Positions 13,050-25,200 of a DNA stretch of 64,000 bases are shown one piece after another. Source of the DNA: Takakia lepidozioides. Lineage: Eukaryota > Plantae > Bryophyta. The position numbers and the translations under genes were made by a program. Below the pieces are notes generated by a model. It worked only from the letters and a program-made list of their open reading frames with translations, made no database searches and was not told the DNA's origin. The stretch lies in contig CM060731.1 of the NCBI GenBank assembly GCA_030704615.1, positions 49,476,001 through 49,540,000 of the forward strand, given 5' to 3'. Each line of letters starts with the position of its first letter. Position 1 is the first letter of the stretch.

Positions 13050-15260
13050 CTAAGCAATTCAGTTCCATATCTTGGACTATTCGGGAATCGGTAAGGATGT
13101 TGATCCCATGTCCTCTCGACAAAATCAGTGTAAATTAATCCACAACGCTCGGTTAAGGGGATGTCACTAATTAAAGCAGTTCAGTTCCATATCTTGGACT
13201 ATTGGGGAATCCGTAAGGATTTGATCCCGTCTCCTCTCCTCTCGACAAAATCACTATATCAATATACGAAGCAAGGTGGTTTGTTTGTCTCCTCTCGACA
13301 AAATCACTATATCAATATACGAAGCAAGGTGGTTTGTTTGTTTTGCTTTGTTTGTTTTTTTTTGTTTTGTAGCGTTGAGATCTCCCAAACCGCGGGCCTA
13401 GCCCTGGTGCTTGGTACTGTTGGAAAGCCCAGGATGAGGAGGGGTGCACCGACTTGGTCTCATGGGAGATGTCGAATTTCAGTGCTTTTGGTCCCTGGAA
13501 ATTCGTGAAAAATAGCAAAGTGGGCTTTCCTGATATGGAGCCTCACCATGGTGCCTCGACAAGAGATGTATAAATAATGATTGGATATGTTATTACTATA
13601 TACATTCATGGAAAAAAATACATGGGCCTCGACACAAGAGATGTACTTGGATACACAGGGGATTGCACTTGGACATAGATTACACTGGATTCTTGGCCCC
13701 TACATGGGAGATGTACTTGGATACAAGAATAGAAGATTGCACTTGGGCTTAGATGGGCCTCGACATAGGAGATGCACTTGGATACATAAGAAACTGCACT
13801 TGGTCTTAGATTTCGATTCTTCGTACATAAGCCAACAGCATAGGCCACACTAGATGGCGCACTTGGGCCTCGACATAGGAGACGGCCATTCGAGACGTCC
13901 TTGGATACATAGGAGCTTCCACTTGACATTGGGCACTGGGGAATGCACATGGGAAATGCACTTGGACACATAGAAGATTGCACTTGGGCATAGATGGGCC
14001 TCGACATGGAAGACGCACATGGGAGACGCCCTTGGATACATAGGAGACGCACTTGGATTCATATGAGATTGCACTTGGGCTTAGATGACACTAGACACTT
14101 GGACCAACGACATAGGCTATTCTAGTGAAATTGAAGTAGTTTGTTTGTTTGTTTTGTAGGGTTGAGATCTCCGAAACCGCGGGACCAAGTGCTCGTGCTT
14201 GGTATGGAAAGCCCTCGACGAGGAGGGGTGCACCAACTAGGTCTCATAATTTTTGGACATGCGGTGTGGGAGATAAGGAATTTTGAGTATTTTTGGTCTA
14301 TAGAAATTCGTTAAAATAGCAAAGTGGGCTTTCCATAACAATGATTGGATAAGTTACTACTCAATAAATTCATGAAGGAAAATTACTTGGGTTTTTTCAA
14401 TATATGAAGCAATGTAGTTTGTTTGTTTGTTTTGTTTTGTAGCGTTAAGATCTCCCAAACCGTAGGGACCCAGCCCTAATGTTTGGTACCGTTGGAAAGC
14501 CCACGATGAGGAGGGGTGCACCGACTTGGTCTCATAATTTTTTTATCTCAATATATGAAACGAGGTATAAAATCAATTTTTTTCTTAAATTCTTCAGACA
14601 TGGGCCAAGGGCACTGGCACTGTCTACCCTAGTGAATGATATATGAAGCAAGGTAGTTTGTTTGTTTTGTTTTGTTTGTAGCCGTTGAGAGGCTACCCTA
14701 GTGTAATATGAAGCAAGATAGTTTGTTTGTTTTGTTTCGTTTTGTTTTGTAGCTTTGAGATCTATTAAACCGCGTGCCGGGCCCAGCCTTGGTGCTTGGT
14801 ACCCTGTGAGAGGAGGGTTGCACCAACTTGGTCTCATTATTTTAGACTTAAGGTGTGGGAGATGTCGAATTTCAAGTAGTTTTGGTCGCCAAAAATTCGT
14901 GAAAATTAATAGTGGGTTTTCCTGGGACAATGATTGCATATATTATTACTCAATAAACTCGCGGGAAAAAAAATTTGGTTTTTCTGGAGAATAAAATAAC
15001 TGTATACCAATTTAGTATTGTTGAGTACATTGGCATACCAATTTTTGTAGTATGTATAGTATGCCAATGTGCTCAACAACAGAGTCCGCACTATGACTGT
15101 TCAGGTACTATGTAGTCCAAGAACTTAGGTATGTGCCCGAAAAGAAATAAGATCTATCCGAGAATTCCATAGAAACCCATCGAATATCTGGGCCTTGAGA
15201 TAGGAGACGCGCACTTGGATACATAGGAGATTGCACTTGGACTTATAAGATGATATTGGA
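13050..15260 (+). repeat. Composite repeat cluster of non-autonomous element fragments
   Basis: About four copies of gtttgttttg..gagatctcccaaaccgcgg..ggaaagccc..gaggaggggtgcacc (13320, 14140, 14410, 14715) plus degenerate cacttgg(gc/at)..catagga units (13550-14120). Both motifs recur inverted at 33550-34110. Confidence 0.75.
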
Positions 15261-15364
15261 CACTTCCAGGGCTCCTGGAACGACGACAGTTCCTCCGTCC
15301 AACTTCTGGCCGCGTCGCCAGAGCAACATTTCGACGGGATCAATTTTTCTTGCAAAGCGACAAC

Positions 15365-15602
15365 ATTTTTTTTTCTTAAAATTTTTATAAAAAGGAAACC
15401 TGGGAGCCACAGCCCACATTTCAGGCCCTTAAGGAGGGGGAAAAATTAACCCCCTTTCATTTATGGGCCATGAGGCCTACAGGACGACCAACGCCCAAAC
15501 ATACCGTCACGAACAATCCCACACACGGGGCAGGGAAGCGGGTTTGAACCCTGAACCACCAGGGCGACACACTGTGCACTTACCAGCTGAGCTACCAGCC
15601 GA
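15365..15602 (-). mobile_element. tRNA-derived SINE-like element
   Basis: Minus strand GGTAGCTCAGCTGG (Pol III A box) ... GGTTCAAACCC (B box), no proper acceptor stem, then a short body and an A-rich tail. Confidence 0.6.
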
Positions 15603-16776
15603 TGTGCGACAACTGAAGGTCCGCAGCAGACCAGCAATTTCTGCATTTTATTACTCATCAGAAAAAAGAAAACGATAAAAGAAAAAAGAAAAAAGTTTAT
15701 TCGGCAAAGTAAAAGTACCCTAGAAATTACGGCGCTCCGGGCCCGCAGGCCCGGCACACGGGAAAAGAATGGCGATTGTGGTTAGATGATGGCGTGCGGA
15801 CTTTTCCAAGGCGAGTAAAGAAAGCAGAGCGGCCGACAAGACGCAGGGAAGGTGGCGACAGGATTCCGTTATTGAGAGGAAGGGGGCAGGGGAGGAGGAG
15901 GCCCAGGCTGTTTTATGAGAGTGATAAGCGGGTGCCTTGGGATCTGCTGAGGTCCACGTCTGTGTGTCAGACTTGTCTCCTTCTGTTTCTACTTCCTACT
16001 TCTAGTCCTCATTGGCTGCATTCTCTGCACAGGGAGACTTACGTGGAGTTGCAATGGAGTCCCCACTTGGGATGGGTAGCGTGTCTGTACAGAAAGCCTG
16101 GAGACCTGTTCTACTGACCTCACCCCTTGCTCACTGTGAGACTAGGAATATGATTCACATGGCCACATTTACTGTTTGAAGATCCTTGGTTACTCTGAAT
16201 GTGTGTCCTGCCAAACTTCTCTCAACAAGAAACTGAGCTTGAAAAAGTTCCAGACATGAGTAGTCACATGTTGCATCACCAAAGGGAAAACTTGAAGAGC
16301 CTCTTCAAGTCTGGTGCACTTGGTGCCAACAAAGGGTACAAATATACACTAGTCTGAAGCCATCTCTGAGAACTACAATATCCAACACATTAGAAAACTC
16401 CCAAAATGTCCGCCACAAATGGGGTGATTCTTTCAGCTCCTAAGTGTGTTTGCAACAGAATTGGAACTGGATCGCCAAGCTCTGGCTGAAAGTTTGAAAC
16501 AGTCTCTCTTCTTTGCTTTCTCTTGCAAACATCAACTTCTCAAATTCCATGCAACCAAAGTGCTTGCTGTTACAGATTCAGTGCACAGGCACACAACACA
16601 CACTTAGGTCTTGTACAGCTCAAGCGCTGACTAAGAGTTCCACCAATGCATGCAAGATGACATCCACACTACAAAGCAGCCACCAACTATCCAAAAACCA
16701 CAAGATGTCAGGACACAGTGTTTACTTGCTGTCTATGGACCATGCTCTGTGGAACTGACACTAAGAAACTACCTAC

Positions 16777-16962
16777 TTCCAGTTGGGGGCAAGCTTCTTG
16801 GTGCGCTTATCATAACGGGCGAGACAGTGGACTGGACCCTCAATGAAAATCATCCAGAAATATGGAGTCCTTCTCCTTGCAATTCTGTCCAAAGGCTTGT
16901 GCACAGCCACAGACTTCTTGATCAGAGATGGTAAATGCCCTCTGGAATCTCTCGTCTCAATC
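16777..16962 (-). pseudogene. RPS13: 40S ribosomal protein S13 exon fragment
   Basis: EIPEG..LIKKSVAVHKPLDR...HCLARYDKRTKKLAPNWK with frameshifts; flanked by cag acceptor and gtaggt donor. Confidence 0.8.
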
Positions 16963-17156
16963 CTGTGAAATTTGCATGGACAGCCAGTTAAATCCACCAT
17001 GCTAAAAAGACCTAACTACTTTGTTTTAAAAAACATCTGTGTCAAACTCAAGATGTCCAACCACTATTTTTCATATAACAGCCTGAGTTAAGAATGGTAC
17101 GCTTTTGCTAAAAAATGCTGTCAAATGATAAACTGTCAAGATGTACACACCTACAA

Positions 17157-18078
17157 GTCAAACATTTAAGCATTGCCTGTCTTTGGAAAAGCAGGCCCTC
17201 ACACCCATCCATCATCGTTATCATGTGATAAGCTGATTGCCTCATTCTCCCCAGCATGAAAATCTACCAAAAAAGAGGAATGGTCTAGACAAATAAACAC
17301 AAGCTTCACAATATCTCAAAACTAAGAAAAACACCCAGACAACCACACATCAAAACAAAACAAAAAGGCCCTCTCTAACCACCACTGCCCAAGAACCACC
17401 ACCACCCATTCAGCAAGTCAAGAAACCCTGTCAAACCCCCAGCAAAACACTCTAGACGAACTTGCTGCTTTCCAATCAGTTTGTGATCCAGACACTCGCC
17501 AAGGTCAAACATTTGCAGGTGCATGTCTTTGGATTAGCAGCCTGTCAGTTTAAAAACATCCATCCATGATGGGTGTACTGTGATAAGCTGATCGCTGCTT
17601 TCTCCAATGACAGGCAGCCTGCAAGTCTCTGACCAAAAAGATGAATAGTCTCGACAAACAAACACAATCGTTCACAATAACTCAAACACAACAAAAACCG
17701 CCCAAACAACAACTCATCAAAACAAGAAGAAAAGGCCTTCTACCCATCACTGCCCTAGAACCACCATCCATTCAGCAAATCAAGAAACCCTGTCACACCC
17801 ATGGCGAAACACTCTAGACAAACTTGCTGCCTTGCAATCGATCATGTTTGTGATCCAGACACTCGCCAAGGTCAAACGTTTGCAGGTTGCCTGTCTTTGG
17901 ATCAGCAGCCGGTCAGTTTAAAACACCACATCCATCCCTGACGGGTGTAGTGTGATAAGCTGATCGCTGCTGCCTCCATCGACAGGCAGCCTGCTACCAA
18001 AAAGACGAATAGTCTAGACACAAACACAATCGTTCACAAAAACTTCAAAACAACAGAAACTGCCGAGACAACCACTCA
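17157..18078. repeat. About 2.6 tandem copies of a ~350-365 bp unit; related copy at ~28320-28590
   Basis: gtcaaac(a/g)ttt...tgtctttgga...gcag starts at 17157, 17504 and 17871. Confidence 0.85.
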
Positions 18079-18280
18079 AATTTGAAGTGGGTACTACAAC
18101 TCAAACTCTTTCCTCATTGCATGCAGCAGATTAGCAGGAATGACGGTATCAGGCATGAGGCCATCTAGGAAAATGTAGTCCCATACGTCATGACTAAGTT
18201 GCTCTGGGTTCGCGACACCATCTCCCCTGCCATAGAAATCTCCACCCTGAAAGAAATGAGCAACCATGTAGTAAGACATG
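18078..18280 (-). pseudogene. Cytosolic leucyl-tRNA synthetase fragment
   Basis: YMSYYMVAHFFQGGDFYG..PEQLSHDVWDYIFL..MRKEFEL*YP resembles the LeuRS segment preceding GKDL; internal stop. Confidence 0.7.
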
Positions 18281-18446
18281 TAAATAGTAGAATCTTAGAG
18301 TGACTCGATAAGGACCTGGGGATCCCATGGGAGCCACGTCCCCAGACCAAATCATCTCGAGCATGCCCACTGATTGAGGCCCTACGGTGTGTGTTCAAAA
18401 CCATGGCGGGTCCCATCATTTTACAGCTCCATTCCCGCAAAGCAGT

Positions 18447-19789
18447 CCTCAGCAGCGCCCCACGTACCTTGGAAGCCGAAATCGGACAGTAAACGAGAGA
18501 TTCTATTTCGCTCGACTAAGGATTGATCTCTCTGCGTGATTCTCGGAGAAAAAGACGAGTGTTGTTGACCTTGCACAGACAAAACAAGCACAAAGACACA
18601 GAAAGAGAGAGAACCGGGGAGGAATTACGAAACCTGAATTGAGCGACTGATTCCCAGCCAAAGCCAAACAAGAGAGGCTATCGAGCAGAGGCGTCCCATG
18701 GCCTGGAACCTCAGTGCAGCGCCCCACGTACCTGGGAAGCCGAAATCGGCGAGTAAACGAGAGATTCTATTTCGCTCGACCACGAATTCATCTCTCTGCG
18801 TCATTCTCGGGAAAAAAGACGAGTGTTGTTGACCTTGCACAGACAAAACAAGCACAAAGACACATAAAGAGAGAGAACCGGGGAGGGATCGCGAAACCTG
18901 AATTGAGCGACATGATTCCCAGCCAAAGCCAAGCAAGAGAGGCTATCGAGCATAGGCGTCCCATGGCCTGGAACCTCAGTGCAGCGCCCCGCGTACCTGG
19001 GAAGCCGAAATCGGACAGTAAACGAGAGATTCTATTTTGCTCGACTAAGAATTCATCTCTCTGCGTGATTCTCGGAGAAAAAGACGAGTGTTGTTGACCT
19101 TGCACAGAAAAAACAAGCACAAAGACACAGAAAGAGAGAGAACTGGGGAGGAATTGCGAAACCTGAATTAAGCGACTGATTCCCAGCCAAAGCCAAGCAA
19201 GAGAGGCTATCGAGCAGAGGCGTCCCATGGCCTGGAACCTCAGTGCAGCGCCCCGCGTACCTGGGAAGCCGAAATCGGAGATTCTAATTTGCTCGACTAA
19301 GAATTCATATCTCTGCGTGATTCTCGGAGAAAAAGACGAGTGTTGTTGACCTTGCACAGACAAAACAAGCACAAAGACACAGAAAGAGAGAGAACCGGGG
19401 AGGGATTGCGAAACCTGAATTGAGCGATTGATTCCCAGCCAAAGCCAAGCAAGAGAGGCTATCGAGCAGAGGCGTCCCATGGCCTAGAACCTCAGTGCAG
19501 CGCCCCGCGTACCTGGGAAGCCGAAATCGGACAGTAAACGAGAGATTCTAATTTGCTCGACTAAGAATTCATATCTCTGCGTGATTCTCGGAGAAAAGAC
19601 GAGTGTTGTTGACCTTGCACAGAAAAAACAAGCACAAAGACACAGAAAGAGAGAGATCCGGGGAGGGATTTCGAAACCTGAATAGAGCGACATGATTCCC
19701 AGCCAAAGCCGAGCAAGAGAGGCTACTGTATCAGACGGTCCCATGGCCTGGCGCAGCAAGCGAGGCCTGATCAGTGCAGCGCCTCGCGT
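18447..19789. repeat. Five tandem copies of a ~264-bp unit
   Basis: Units start at 18447, 18709, 18974, 19238 and 19490 and are highly similar. Confidence 0.95.
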
Positions 19790-20015
19790 GCTCTGTCCGC
19801 CATGTTCACACGCCGGATGAATGTTCTGCCATTGGACGAAAATCCAACATCCGTCCAATGGATCATCCGCTAGGTACGTAGGAGTTAACAAAAGGTAAAA
19901 ACCACATGTTTTCACCTCACTCGTGTGCGTGACCCCCTCGATCCTTGGCTTGCCGGGGAGATGGTGATGGCCGCTACGATTGAGTCGCTCATGTGAGTGA
20001 TGAAGTGGAAGAAGG

Positions 20016-20538
20016 ATGGCACAAGTGATACTTCAGGATTTGAAGCACAATACTACCGGAAGATATGGATCGGAGGAAGAGATCAACAAGGGGGATATGT
20101 TGACAGACGGGACGAGCCACCCGAAAAGGAGGTCGAGTTTGGATTTTGGTGTGGAGGCAGCAGCTAAGAAGAGGCAAAAAGTTGCAAGGAGATTCAGTGA
20201 CTTCGCTCAGATAAGGGAGGAGAGTGCGCAATTCTTTGAGCATTCTGAAGTTGATTTTAGTGTAACAGAGGTCCTACGCGATCGGAAGAAGAAGTGGGAG
20301 GGGGGGGATTTGGGGGAAGAGGATGAGAATTTGGGATACGAGGGTGGTGAGGGAGCCGCAGCCAATGCAGATAATTTAGGTTCTGATTTATCTGGAATTG
20401 TCGAAGGAGGGACTGGTGCGCTTGGAGCGCAAGATGTAGAAGGCGGCAAGCAGGAAGTACAGAAAGACAGGAGTAATCAGGTTAGAGATAGAAGCAGGAA
20501 GAGGGGCAAGAGAAACGTGAAGACGGATGACAGAGAAG
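20016..20538 (+). CDS. Possible first exon of an unknown acidic/basic nuclear protein; downstream exons not found
   Basis: Open frame with KKRQK and RKRGKR basic clusters ending at gaag|gtttgt. Confidence 0.3.
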
Positions 20539-21249
20539 GTTTGTGCGATATCAATGGCTCTTGGGCTAACTCTCTCTCAGGTTCTCACTTGGTAAGCCGG
20601 GGGCTTCTTTGTTACTGGTTTTCTTTCATATTGTGTTGCAAGCTTCGCATCTTCAGTTGTAAGTATTCAGTTTTCTTGGGGGGCCGGGAAGGTGGAGGAC
20701 TGGGATACAATGCTTGACTTGGATGTGGCATAGCTCCTACAGAATGTACTCATAAGACGTTGTTGTGGCCATTGACCCCGCGCCAGTCTGAGCGGAACAC
20801 AAAGGGACAGAACCTACCTCTGTCAGGGGCTGACGTTGGTATAAAACATTGATCCGGGACATAGCTCCTACAGAGTACAGAGTACCCTTCTCAAGCGCAG
20901 GTTTAAGAAGTGTTTAGCGAGGCCACAGAAAGCAGGTGTATCCTAGCCTGTGGAGAGAGCACCAACTCGCAGCTCTCTATAATTTGCAAAAGGATCTGAC
21001 AAATGAGACCTAGATTTTAGTGGGGGGGGGGGGGGGGGGTGGGGAACTGATCCCCGGGCAATCCATAGAGCAAGGTTTGGTAAGGAAGGGGAGTGATGGC
21101 TGGAGGGTGGTTCTGTAAGGTCATGTGCAGGACTTGATGGTGAGTGTGAAGCAACTTGCCATGGAGCGTCTTCATAGCACAGGAGAAAATGCCCTTGCTG
21201 GCCTCCTCACTCCCACAGCTCTACGCACTATCAGTGAGTGTCGTCAACT

Positions 21250-22235
21250 ACTCCAATGTACATTGAAAGCAGTTCTCTTTCTTTGTTGACTTTTCCAGAG
21301 TTAAATGACTTTGCACTATGTGCTGTGGGATGGAGCAGGTGTAATATTGCAAGAGTTTGTCAGGGACCGAATGCAGACATCCTGTCCTTCCTTGCAGGTA
21401 GATGAACCTCTCGGCGAAGTCCCCTCCCAAAAGTGAGGTGAATGGGCACTCGATTGGGCAATGCTTACACCCAATGGAAATCCGACTGAATTGGATGGTG
21501 CGTTGGGTCTCAACTCCAAAGAACACACTTCGAGAGTGTTAAGTCTTCTGTCTCACCGAGCTAGAATGGAAAACTGGAGCTCAAATTGTCTGCTCACAGT
21601 GTTGCAACAAAGATGTTCCTGGGCAAACACAGCAGAATATAGGGGGGCAGTCACCGAGAGAAAGCACGAGGGAGGGTCAGCAACTGCAAGTAGTTTTACT
21701 GGAGGGCACAACAAAAGCACAGCCAAACTGTACTAGGAAGGGGAAGGAAACGATGGTGGGACCATTCTGCCATGTGACAACTACAATACTGGAAGTATAT
21801 AGCAAGGTTGTTCTTACCCAGTGTAAGAGGGAGAGAGAGAGGAGGGGCTGTGATGCCCAAGAGGCCATTCTAATTCTTATAGTCAAGGTAAGTCCCACTA
21901 CTGGAGTGAGCCCCTCACAAAGGTAGTGAACATTCCCTCTCGTTCTGGCACCCAAACAGGGTGTGGGGTCTATGACCATATGACCAAAAGGCTGCGGCAA
22001 ACATCTTATGAGTACATTATTTCTCAATAATTCTGGAAAGTGATGCAGAAAATTGGTGGTCCAAAGGCTCCTGCCAGAAATCCGGAAGGCCAGAATCAAT
22101 CTCGACAAAAGTATGCCACTGGAGCAAGCCTTAGCACTGATAGTGGACCCTACTCTGCTCTGCTCTTTGAGATTTGATTTCCAAACTCGCCATATAGCCA
22201 AGTATCAATGCTCGCACTAACCGAACATGCGTACC
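21250..22235 (-). mobile_element. Degenerate LINE-like repeat fragments; same family at 32123-32950 and 61895-61950
   Basis: Shared aaggt(a/g)agtcccactactggagt end and long internal similarity between copies. Confidence 0.55.
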
Positions 22236-25200
22236 ACATCGGAACAAACCATTGCCATTCTCAGATCCTTTATATTATCAGCGACAGTTGATCCACGCGT
22301 GCCTACAAACCCAAGAGATGCACAACTGCAGACCATTTCTTCGACATAGAGAAGGATGTCTGATATCTCTGTTAACGGCTCCATTGATGGCACCCTGGAC
22401 CCTTCCAGCCCTCCAGGTACATAGCCTGACCTGAATCCATATTCCCAACTTCGAATCTTTCTGGCAGTCTCTTGCAAAATATTGTTGCTCCCATGAAGTG
22501 TCAGCACACGATACAAGGTCTTAGCATCCACCATCTGCTGAAGGAATGTTCCCGTCCAGTTCCTTGATGGAAGGTCTGTCATCACAAATACCGGCAGAAT
22601 CTCTCTAGACCCTTTTTGAGCTTGGTGGTATCTCTCTAGCTCCACCCTCAAGGTGCCAAATGTCGCTACCCAGTGGTTCTTAAATTGCCCATCCAGCAGT
22701 CTAAGTTGTGCACAAAAGAAAGGTTTCCCTATTACCTCCCTAACATATTGTTTCCCTGCTGCTGTGATGTCTTGGTTGAAAGGAAGAAATTTCAGCAAGT
22801 GCAGCAGATCATCACTGTCTTTGTCTCCAGAAGGAGACTTAATATCTATGTATGTCTGAGCCCCTCTATAGCTCATACTGAACATGCTACCAAATGCCAA
22901 GACTGGAGCAGACCCCGCTGCAGAACCCGGCCCAAGAGCAGTGACAATATCTTGTCTTCTTCTTGCCATTTTCATCACCTTCTCTGTTTTCCATTCACTC
23001 GACGTGTCCTTGAAATTCTCCGTCAATGGTCTTCGATGTCTCCATCTATGCAAGCCACCAACATCCATCAATCTCCCCTGTGTGTAATGACGCATCAGCA
23101 GATGCCTTTGATGGGTAGCTTGACGGGATGCCACAGGTCCCATGGGTCCTCCATCGCCAAGTCCATAATCACATGAGCTACCAAGCATGCTCCTTCGCTG
23201 GAGCCTGACAGAATCATTCAACTTCCCCAGCTCCCAATTTCCACTGTGAGTCCAAACTGTCGATGTGCAGTCATCTCCAACTCCATAAACACAGCATCTC
23301 TGCTGCAATTGGGGTACTGGGTTGAGCAACTTACCACAAGTTTCAAGAGAACCCCATACAGAGGCTCTCTCTGCAAACTCATTGCAAATAGGACCCCCAC
23401 AGGAGGCCGATACATCCACCCCACACCAGAGAGCAACAAAGACTCGAAGATCAATAGTCTTAACCTTTGATGGAGAGATTCCCGACAAAGTGATAATATC
23501 TGCCATTGAAATGTACCTGCGACTGCAGCCAGGCTACTCTGTTTCTTGCGCATTCAGAGCTCACCAATAATCCGGTTCCCTCTGTCTACTGTACCCCTTG
23601 GGCCATATGGGCCTCCCACATGACATAATGTTGTTCTTTTCCCCCCTTTTTTATGTCTTTTCTTCACCGGTTCTTAATTGTTCGGCACGTACCCTTGGGC
23701 CATTTGAATTCTTCTCTCTCTCTCTTATTGGCTAAGCTGTTTGGGGCAGTAGTGACCATGGAATTGGATGATTGGGCTGAATCCTCTCACATACGGGCTA
23801 AGGGACAAGCTGGTTTCCGTCGCAACAGATCCACTCTTGACCACATTTTCACTCTTCAGGTTATGGTGGAAAGTGCTAGCTTTGACAAAAAACTTGTTTA
23901 CGTCTGCTTCGTTGACTTTCACAAGGCTTTTGATTCGGTTCCTCGCGACCTTCTTTTCCAAAGGCTCCAGAGGGTGGGAGTTCCTGTTTTCTCTATGACA
24001 AAAGAATGGTCTATGTTTGCTTCGTGGACTTTCACAAAGCCTTTGATTCAGTTCCTCGGGACCTTCTCTTCCAACGGCTCCGTAGAGTGGAGGTCCCTCC
24101 AGGCATCCTTTGTGCCATCTCTTCTATGTATGAGATTGTCACTGGCATGGTCACGTCGCTGGTGAATTCTCAGCCGAGATCCACAGCAACATTGGAGTCA
24201 AACAGGGCTGCCCCCTTTCACCTACCCTGAGGATCTACATTGACGCCTTGGAGAATTACATATCAAAAAACCATGGGGTTGGGGTCCCATTGGATGGGGG
24301 ACCAACCCAATCAGATCTCCTCTACGCTGATGATGTTGCCCTTTTGGCACAATCCCCAGTCTTTCTGCAACGCCATCTCAAAATTTTGGAACAGTTCTGC
24401 AAAGACTATGGGATGCAAGTCAATCTTAGCAAGACCAAGATCATGGTCTTCAATGGCCAGGCTGATCGTAGATTCATCTTCAACCAGCAGGAAATTGAGA
24501 TTGTGAAATCATACCGGTACCTAGGTCTGGTTATCCACTTCCCAAGTTTCACTTTGCAGCCACAGCCTTGGACAGATTGACTAAGGTAAGGCGGCCTCCG
24601 TCCGCCTTCAGGCCAAATGTAAGCAAATACATCTGCGGCATCCCCCGACCAAAAAGTGGCTGTTTGACACTGTCGTAGCCCTGCTACCTATGGTTGTGAG
24701 TTCTGGGCACCTGGTGTCCCTGTCTCCTGGTGGGAAAAGAATTTGGAACCATTACAGTCATCTTTTCTCCAAGCAATGCTTGGCGCCAGGAGCACAACTC
24801 CATCTCAGATCCTAGGTGCAGAGTTCGCATGTGTACCATTGCAATCCGAGGCCTCTTCAGGCTTACAATCTTTCTCCATAGATTGCAGGCCCTTCCACCC
24901 AAAGGGCTAGTGGCAAGGGCCCTCACATCTATGAGGCTCAAAGCTGCAGGTTTCAGGAACTCCTGGTATGCTCGAGTGGACAGTTTATTTCAACGTAACG
25001 GACTTTCTACTGCTTTCCTATTACCAATGAACCCAGATGAGGTGGACATCACATCCAGACATGACCGCAACAGACTCATTCGGAGAGAGCTTATGGAATT
25101 ACATGTCAAGAGAACTTGGATGCTACCCAATCTCACAACAAAGCTCCACTTCTATCGAGAGACATTCTTGGTGCTCCGCGATGATAGAATCTTGAGACCA

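Noticed and set aside
13550-14120. CRISPR-like array
   Set aside because: Degenerate short tandem units without unique spacers or cas genes, in a eukaryotic context.
15528-15602. Functional tRNA gene
   Set aside because: A and B boxes are present but acceptor and anticodon stems do not pair; treated as a SINE head.
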